A stretch of DNA of 40,053 nt from a bacterium (GTDB lineage: Bacteria; Bacteroidota; Ignavibacteria; UBA10030): assembly GCA_043803945.1 (NCBI GenBank), contig JAZDJN010000051.1:1-40053 (forward strand), read 5' to 3'. The notes beneath the pieces were generated by a model that was not told the DNA's origin, made no database searches, and saw only the letters and a list, made by a program, of their open reading frames with translations. The stretch's first letter is position 1; every line of letters starts with the position of its first letter. Shown here in pieces: positions 34,190-40,053 of the stretch. Both the position numbers and the translations under genes were made by a program.

Positions 34190-36598
34190 TTAGATGCTAT
34201 TATCGTACTTCAGGAGTTCTTCGTTCGATTTTTTCGGTGGAGTGCCAAAATGATAGGTCAGGCCGAAGTAGAATATTTGGGAATCGCGCTTGTTCACTGT
34301 ATGCCGGCGCAGGAATGGTGTGTAGGTATCGTTCTCTCCCTTCACTGTTTTAAAGAGGTCTGCGACCGTAAAGACCAGGGAGACAGTTTTTTCCCAAAGA
34401 TCCTGCCGCACTCCAGCATTCACAACATAGCTTGAGGGGCGTTCACCCTGAGGGGTCAATCGGGCTGAGTTGTAATTCGCTTTGAGCTGAATCATCGTTG
34501 TTGCCGTTGGATTGATATTGAAGGTGAACGCACCCCGCCATGTCACTTGCGACTTGTTGCTGCTGTAACCAAGATTTGAAGCATCGATCTGGTTATAGAA
34601 CGCATTTGCGCTGACGTGCGTTGTGAAACGACTGTTCATGCTTGCCGAGACAATCACTTCCATGCCTGCCGATTGATCCTCGGAGAGATTTTGTTCTGTC
34701 GTGAGCAAGGTTGAGTCGTTCAGCGCCTGCGTTACGCTCGTAAATCGATTATAGGTGTACCGGTAGTAAAGTGTTGGGAGTATCGACATCCAATCGTTTT
34801 GCAGCATGCCGCCGAGTTCCAGAGAGTGTGTGTACTCCGGCAATAAATGCGGGTTGCCTGCAGAAATATTCCTCGGATCCTCATAAGTGGGGAACGGATT
34901 GAGCTCCTCCGCATCGGGCCTCTCCGTGCGCCGGCTGTAGTTTAACTGCACCTCCGCCTCTTCGCTAAATTTGTAGGTAAGATGGAGCGATGGATAAAGA
35001 CTGTTATAAGAATTATTGATGATCGAATCACGCGTGACAAGATTTGAAGTCGTTGTGACTCGTTCTGCCCGCAAACCGCCTAAGATTCCAAACTTCCCAA
35101 AAGAGTGCTGAAACGTTGAATAGAATGCATGAATATTCTGATCGAGAATGAATCGGTTTGATCTGCCGATGTCGATAAGAAATTTTTGCTGGATAGGGTT
35201 GAATAACTCCTGAACATAGTCGAGGGCGATGCGGTTAAACTCACCGGAATATCCGGCTTCGAGCATGGAGTTGTCGAACAGTGGATTGGAGTAGTCGAGC
35301 GAGAGCTCCTGTTGATTCTCGTCTTGCTTGTCGAATATGTTCTCAAGTTGATCAGGGCTGCGCGGCACTTGATAGAGAGTGGTAAAATGGTCGTCTTCGT
35401 TATCGATCTGACGTGAAGCTTTATACTCAACTTGGAGCTGATGATCCTCTTCTGGGAATTTATGTTCTCCACGCATTGTGAGACTGTACTCTCTCTCGAA
35501 CTGATCCTGGCTCAGATTCCGTGTATAGTTGCTTGTTTCCATTCTGGTATTATTCCACAGAATTGTTCTGGCGTTGTCCATCCGATTCCTGCTGTTCAGG
35601 AAATAGGTACCGGAGATCCCAGCGTTGGTCGATGGATCAAATTTGTAATCGCTGCCGAGCGTGATCATATGGGAAAGAGGCCGTGCAGCAGATACTTGTT
35701 CCTGGTTATAGTAATGCACCTGCAGCGAATCATCGATCTGTTCCCGGGTATCAATATTCGATCTATTCCGGTTTTCCTTTCGTATGCCGTAGCTTCCAAA
35801 GAGATTAAGGTTCCCTGGATTGTAATTGAATTGAACGTTGCCGTTATACCGATCACTGTTTCCGGCATTTACCGTTGTGCTTCCATGAGCGCCAAGATTT
35901 GAGTTTTTCTTTAAGACGAGGTTAATGATTCCCGAAGTCCCTTCCGGTTTGTACTTTGCCGAGGGATTGGTGATCACTTCAATTTTCTCAATGGTGCTTG
36001 CCGGCATTTGCTGCAACACATCCGCGCGATTTCTTCCCATTAACGGAGAAGTTTTACCATCGATCATCACAAGAACATTCGAAGACCCGCGTAGGCTTAC
36101 GTTTCCGTCAATATCCACTTCCACCGAAGGGATGGTCTGGAGGAGTTCGCTCACAGAGCCGGATTTGCTCATAATGTCCTGATCCACATTAAACACTTTT
36201 CGGTCAATGGCATTATTGAATAATGCTTTTTGTCCTGTCACTAATACTTCATCAAGGTTGACAGTCGTTTCTTTGAGCACAATAGTACCAAGGTTCACGG
36301 TGCTGCGCTCCGGCGTAACGTTGGGAACCGGAATTCTTTTTTCACGATATCCGATGAAACTGATCCGGAGAAAACAGTCACCGTTTGGAATGTTCTCGAC
36401 AATAAATTTTCCAGCTTTATTTGTCACAACACCCTTGACAAGAGTACTATCAGCGTTCTTTTGCACCATGACATTGACAAATGCGATTGGGAGATGTGTC
36501 GATTCATTAATGATGATGCCGGTAACACTCTGTGCTGCGAGCAGAAGAGGCAGGAGATGAAGGAGGAGAAACGTAATTCTTGAACTGGCTCTGATCAT
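34190..36598 (-). CDS. TonB-dependent outer-membrane receptor
   Basis: Signal peptide, carboxypeptidase-regulatory-like N-domain, plug IEKIEVITNPSAKY..EG, barrel GNPHLLPE, FGLTYHFG. Confidence 0.9.
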   Translation of the reverse strand: MIRASSRITFLLLHLLPLLLAAQSVTGIIINESTHLPIAFVNVMVQKNADSTLVKGVVTNKAGKFIVENIPNGDCFLRISFIGYREKRIPVPNVTPERSTVNLGTIVLKETTVNLDEVLVTGQKALFNNAIDRKVFNVDQDIMSKSGSVSELLQTIPSVEVDIDGNVSLRGSSNVLVMIDGKTSPLMGRNRADVLQQMPASTIEKIEVITNPSAKYKPEGTSGIINLVLKKNSNLGAHGSTTVNAGNSDRYNGNVQFNYNPGNLNLFGSYGIRKENRNRSNIDTREQIDDSLQVHYYNQEQVSAARPLSHMITLGSDYKFDPSTNAGISGTYFLNSRNRMDNARTILWNNTRMETSNYTRNLSQDQFEREYSLTMRGEHKFPEEDHQLQVEYKASRQIDNEDDHFTTLYQVPRSPDQLENIFDKQDENQQELSLDYSNPLFDNSMLEAGYSGEFNRIALDYVQELFNPIQQKFLIDIGRSNRFILDQNIHAFYSTFQHSFGKFGILGGLRAERVTTTSNLVTRDSIINNSYNSLYPSLHLTYKFSEEAEVQLNYSRRTERPDAEELNPFPTYEDPRNISAGNPHLLPEYTHSLELGGMLQNDWMSILPTLYYRYTYNRFTSVTQALNDSTLLTTEQNLSEDQSAGMEVIVSASMNSRFTTHVSANAFYNQIDASNLGYSSNKSQVTWRGAFTFNINPTATTMIQLKANYNSARLTPQGERPSSYVVNAGVRQDLWEKTVSLVFTVADLFKTVKGENDTYTPFLRRHTVNKRDSQIFYFGLTYHFGTPPKKSNEELLKYDNSI

Positions 36599-36643
36599 CG
36601 TATTATCCAGGGGTATTGAGTATTGTCTGAATCGTGTGGATGT

Positions 36644-36675
36644 AAGATAAGAGAGAAAGATGAAAAGGGGATGAA
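36644..36675 (-). promoter_or_regulatory. Second copy of the putative OmpR-family box plus -10 element, upstream of the TonB receptor
   Basis: Minus strand TTCATCCCCTTTTCATCTT (18/19 to 31204-31222); TATCTT 9 nt after the second TTCATC. Confidence 0.65.
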
Positions 36676-36817
36676 AAGAAAGGCTTAAAGTACTCTCTTT
36701 GAAAAATACTGTTCGGGATAAGATAGTCTTAAGGTACTCTTTGAACGATAACGTTGCAGATGAAAATGGCAGGTTTGATCATTCAGATGTTTGGAGGTGT
36801 TAGAATAAGACAGGTCA

Positions 36818-38965
36818 TTAGAAAAGGGGATTCAAACCTTCCCAACGAACGTTCCATGTTTCGTCCTTTGGGAAACCAGGTGTAGAGATTGTGTTTCCCT
36901 CAAATCCAGCGCACATCATCGCGACGGCTGATAGTAAGGCGCCATTGCCGGGTAGGTAGAGTCGCAATCGACCATCCTGATAATTATGCCCGCTTACAAG
37001 GTACGTGTTTGTTCTCTGATTCATGAAGAGAGCTTCGATCGCCTGCTCGGGCGAATGTAATCGAGTTGCGGCCATTGCTGTAAAAGGGAAGTCCCAGCCC
37101 CAGGTCTCTTCCCAATGCCAATTCTGCAAGACGGTATGAAAAGTCTGTTTCATAATCGTGGTGTCGACGTATCCCGATCCATCAAGCATACCGTAGATAC
37201 CGAGAACTGCCGGATGATCGGTCATCAACCGAGGATTAGAATAACTGTCGGGCGCGCTTTCAGCGGCGAGATAGAGATCATCTTTCTGTGGAAGGGAAGA
37301 GAGCTTGCTGAGCACGGCAACCCACTCGGGATTTTGTGGCAATCCTAAACGATCACACCATATCAACGCGGTCGATAATCCCCAGCGCCAGTAAGCAAGT
37401 TCGAACGGAGTATTAAAAGTCTCTTCGGGATTGAATCGTTCTTGAGCGGGAATAATTCCCTTACCTAAGATAAAGCGTTTGTTTGTGCTGTCATACTGTG
37501 CACATGAGGCCATGAAATCAGCGGTGTCAAACACAAGATTCTTATACTTCTCGAGTGTCTGTCGATTCCGGTAGTGTCGGTAACAGAGTTCAGAAAAGTA
37601 GATGATATGTGGTTGCTGCCAGAGTAAGAAAGGTCCGATTTTTGAAGGGCTGTCCATCCCTTCCGGATCTGTCATCTTAGGCCAACGGACTCCTTTGAAT
37701 CCCTGACGTGCAGCAATTGCTTTGGCAGCAGTATATGTTTGACGATACCATACTAAGCTTTTCTCCAGAAGGTCGATTCGATTCCAAAGTGCGAAATGAA
37801 CTCCATGCCACCAATGCATTTCGAGGTGAAATTTTCCATACCAGCTATTATAGGTCAATCCTGTTTCCTGTGGAGGAAGGGAACCAGAGCATTGGATTTT
37901 GGTGAGATATTGTGAAAGAACAACGCGACGCTCTAACTCTTTGGCGCGCTTATCAGTGCATAACGAAAAATCAACTGCACCGCCACGAATCCAGAACGTT
38001 TTCCATGCTCCTCGATTGTCTGATTCTGTCGAGGGAAAGGAAGAGAGTGGTTGGGTGACTTTCTCCTGTGAGAAGAGACAGCTAAACTCAAGCTCGCTTT
38101 GATCGGTCGATAAGAGATAGGAGTGATTTTCTTTTTTGGTGAATGAGCAGTGACCGTTCCAATCGACCTTCACAAAATAGATTGTGGAATCTAACCGTCG
38201 TTCAATAATAGTACTATTCTTTAACTCTGTCTCGATTGTAGAATGTTTTTCACTCTTGGTCCAATCGCAAGCCCAGTCTGTGTGTTCTCCTGATGGATAG
38301 GGAAATCGAAATACTACCTTGATCTTTCCAGAACGCAATCGTTCCGATACAACCCTGACACCAATTTGATCTTTCTCTGGATGACAAATGGTTGTCACAA
38401 AGATTGTTTCGCGGTCAATCTCAAACCGGCTCATGATTTCACCGGTCCAGAGATTCAATTCCTGGCGGATGTTTTTGATTTCTTCCGGAGATATTTTTAT
38501 TCCCTGATCAGAAAGCAGTTCGAATCCGATTATGCCAAGGTGAAGGCGATGGGGATTTTGCCGGAAGAATTCTGAGGCTTTTTTCTTCCTCTCTGGTTCT
38601 GACCATTGATATGGAACACTGGCAACAGTATTTCCAAAGTTGAATTCCTTTAAAGTCTCCTTATATCTGAAGTCGTTAGGATTTGGGAAGGAATGCCATG
38701 CCCATTGTGATTGTGTGCCGAGAGGAATTCCATTCTTGTAATATTCGGGAAATGTCTGTAATCCTGTCGCATCAACGGTGAAAGCGAATTCACCATTTCC
38801 GACGGAAAGAGATGAAAGAGAATCGAATGTGGTAACCGAAATGGTATGTCGTAAAACCAACGCCTTTCTGTCAATGGGAGCCTGTGGTTGGGATGAACTG
38901 TCCAATGCAAAAAGCAGCAACGCTCCAAATAATATCGTAGTACTTTTCTTCAGAGTCTCACTCAA
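36818..38965 (-). CDS. Secreted six-hairpin glycosidase-like protein (GH65/GH95-like; family uncertain)
   Basis: Signal peptide; LSVGNGEFAFT N-domain, PPQETGL, WYGKFHLE, Trp-rich (alpha/alpha)6 region, YLPGNG. Confidence 0.7.
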   Translation of the reverse strand: MSETLKKSTTILFGALLLFALDSSSQPQAPIDRKALVLRHTISVTTFDSLSSLSVGNGEFAFTVDATGLQTFPEYYKNGIPLGTQSQWAWHSFPNPNDFRYKETLKEFNFGNTVASVPYQWSEPERKKKASEFFRQNPHRLHLGIIGFELLSDQGIKISPEEIKNIRQELNLWTGEIMSRFEIDRETIFVTTICHPEKDQIGVRVVSERLRSGKIKVVFRFPYPSGEHTDWACDWTKSEKHSTIETELKNSTIIERRLDSTIYFVKVDWNGHCSFTKKENHSYLLSTDQSELEFSCLFSQEKVTQPLSSFPSTESDNRGAWKTFWIRGGAVDFSLCTDKRAKELERRVVLSQYLTKIQCSGSLPPQETGLTYNSWYGKFHLEMHWWHGVHFALWNRIDLLEKSLVWYRQTYTAAKAIAARQGFKGVRWPKMTDPEGMDSPSKIGPFLLWQQPHIIYFSELCYRHYRNRQTLEKYKNLVFDTADFMASCAQYDSTNKRFILGKGIIPAQERFNPEETFNTPFELAYWRWGLSTALIWCDRLGLPQNPEWVAVLSKLSSLPQKDDLYLAAESAPDSYSNPRLMTDHPAVLGIYGMLDGSGYVDTTIMKQTFHTVLQNWHWEETWGWDFPFTAMAATRLHSPEQAIEALFMNQRTNTYLVSGHNYQDGRLRLYLPGNGALLSAVAMMCAGFEGNTISTPGFPKDETWNVRWEGLNPLF

Positions 38966-39102
38966 ATGATAAACGGTGTCAATCCGAATAAAAGGATTGA
39001 TTAGAAGAATATCAAGCTTCGAAATGTTAGTAATGAGTATGAGAAGATACTGCGGTGGACTCTGGATGCTCGTTTGCGACTTGTACGGCGGAAGACCATT
39101 TC

Positions 39103-39328
39103 AGGATGTAGAACCAGGCAGGCAATCGAAATTCTCCCGGGTAAATCAATGTCCCTCGACTCGTCTTTCGGTTCACACCTCGACCGCTCGACTGTGCTCG
39201 CGGCTCGGTGTCCGCTCGGGACTCTTCGACACTCACCGATGGGGCAAAGCTCTCAGCGAGCCCCGTTGCCTCTTAAAAAAAGGTGCCCCGTTGTAAAGGA
39301 TACGGGGCGAGTCGAAGAGTTCCGCGGG
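39103..39328 (-). mobile_element. Degenerate tandem unit: tRNA-end remnant, palindromes and the first codons of a GIY-YIG gene
   Basis: Colinear with 39690-39922; encodes LPAWFYIL vs MPAWFYIL of the intact gene; GTCGAAGAGTTCCGCGGG vs GTCGAAGGGCTCCGCGGG. Confidence 0.7.
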
Positions 39329-39427
39329 TCCGCCTACGTTTACACTTCCGCCTTCACTTGTGTTCCGGACAGGTCGGCGGATAAATAGGGCCCTGCGTCT
39401 GCTAACCAACCTATGGAAAAATTGAGA

Positions 39428-39712
39428 TTATTTCTTTCTGCATTTTGCCAAAGATTTCAGCTCAGTGATATCTCCTTTGATCAGGGCCTCCTTTTTAGCA
39501 CGGGACCAACGCTTGACCTGATGCTCGCGTTGCAGGGCTTGTTTCATTGTGTCGAATTGTTCGGAGTAAGCAAGAGTAAGTGGAGGATCTATCTTTGTAG
39601 TACGACAACCTCTCCCTGAGAAGTGATCAGTTATTCTTTGCTCAAGCGTTCTTGTAGCGCCTGAATAAAGTGAACCTGATGTTAACTGCAATATATAGAA
39701 CCAGGCGGGCAA
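39428..39712 (-). CDS. Small GIY-YIG nuclease (YhbQ/COG2827-like)
   Basis: WFYIL...LYSG..LEQR..H..G..TT, ALQREHQVKRWSRAKKEALI; TTG start. Confidence 0.9.
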   Translation of the reverse strand: MPAWFYILQLTSGSLYSGATRTLEQRITDHFSGRGCRTTKIDPPLTLAYSEQFDTMKQALQREHQVKRWSRAKKEALIKGDITELKSLAKCRKK

Positions 39713-39738
39713 GAATTCTTTCCTCCACTGGAATAGGT

Positions 39739-39911
39739 CCCTCGACTCCGCCTCGATTCAGCTTTCGGTTCATTTCGTTCACTCAGGCTTCACACGGCGT
39801 CGCTCGGGACTCTTCGACTCGTCCCTTCAAGGGGCAGAGCCCTGAGCCAGTCCCGCGTCCATCAAAAATAGCACGTCGGACTACTTATTCAAATAGCGGG
39901 ACGAGTCGAAG
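39739..39911. repeat. Nested REP-like palindromes upstream of the GIY-YIG gene
   Basis: Perfect 14-bp IR CTTCGACTCGTCCC (39812-39825) / GGGACGAGTCGAAG (39898-39911); CCCTCGACTC...CGCTCGGG unit. Confidence 0.75.
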
Positions 39912-39912
39912 G

Positions 39913-39977
39913 GCTCCGCGGGTAGGGCTCTGCGCCAAATATAGGCGCATGAGCCTCCGGCTCAGAACCTACAACCT
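39913..39977 (-). tRNA. tRNA 3'-half fragment (Asn-like) with a 34-bp insertion in the T-loop
   Basis: GGTTGTAGGTTC[insert]GAGCCCTACCCGCGGAGC: T-stem GTAGG/CCTAC and acceptor 3' strand ending GGAG; no 5' half or anticodon, so identity is inferred. Confidence 0.75.
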
Positions 39978-39985
39978 AACATTAG

Positions 39986-40015
39986 AAAAGGCTTGAGTAT
40001 ACACCCAAGCCTTTT
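39986..40015 (-). terminator. Intrinsic terminator hairpin downstream of the tRNA 3' end at the window edge
   Basis: AAAAGGCTTG / CAAGCCTTTT perfect 10-bp IR, extended by a G-U pair on the minus strand. Confidence 0.7.
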
Positions 40016-40020
40016 GTTCA

Positions 40021-40053
40021 GCTCCGCGGGTAGGGCTCTGCGCCAAATATAGG
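40021..40053 (-). tRNA. Second tRNA 3' end with the same T-loop insertion, cut by the window edge (possibly the full gene)
   Basis: 33 bp identical to 39913-39945. Confidence 0.65.

Noticed and set aside
36685-36750. Short imperfect direct repeat TTAA(A/G)GTACTCT..TTGAA
   Set aside because: Two degenerate copies only; no function assignable.
39030-39105. Possible transposase C-terminal remnant (NGLPPYK on the minus strand)
   Set aside because: Too short, with no supporting DDE region or terminal repeat.

Overview
Bacterial DNA, probably FCB-group/Ignavibacteria-like (inferred from the TonB-dependent receptor, secreted hydrolases and canonical TTGACA-type promoters). A housekeeping backbone (ldh, S9 peptidase, acyl-CoA synthetase, dCMP deaminase, plsC, an 8-PAS hybrid kinase, gpmI, esterase, an OmpR-type two-component system, a TonB receptor and a six-hairpin glycosidase) is interrupted by three accessory zones. 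(1) 1-5.5 kb: an XRE/ImmA pair, a long structured leader and a type III R-M operon whose Res subunit lacks its nuclease tail. (2) 26.3-31.1 kb: a small defence-like islet with an Hna-like helicase-nuclease carrying integron-cassette-like ends, a DUF3800 (RNase H-like) gene facing a convergent ~145-nt structured RNA with its own promoter and terminator, and an ORF6N gene. (3) 39-40 kb: a small GIY-YIG nuclease in tandem palindromic units attached to tRNA(Asn-like) 3' ends whose T-loops carry a 34-bp double-hairpin insertion. Four small hairpin inserts in the window all sit immediately after TTC inside older hairpins. The best candidates for an undescribed system are the DUF3800+ncRNA pair and the GIY-YIG/tRNA/hairpin-insertion module. 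All calls come from reading motifs by eye; no database search was run.
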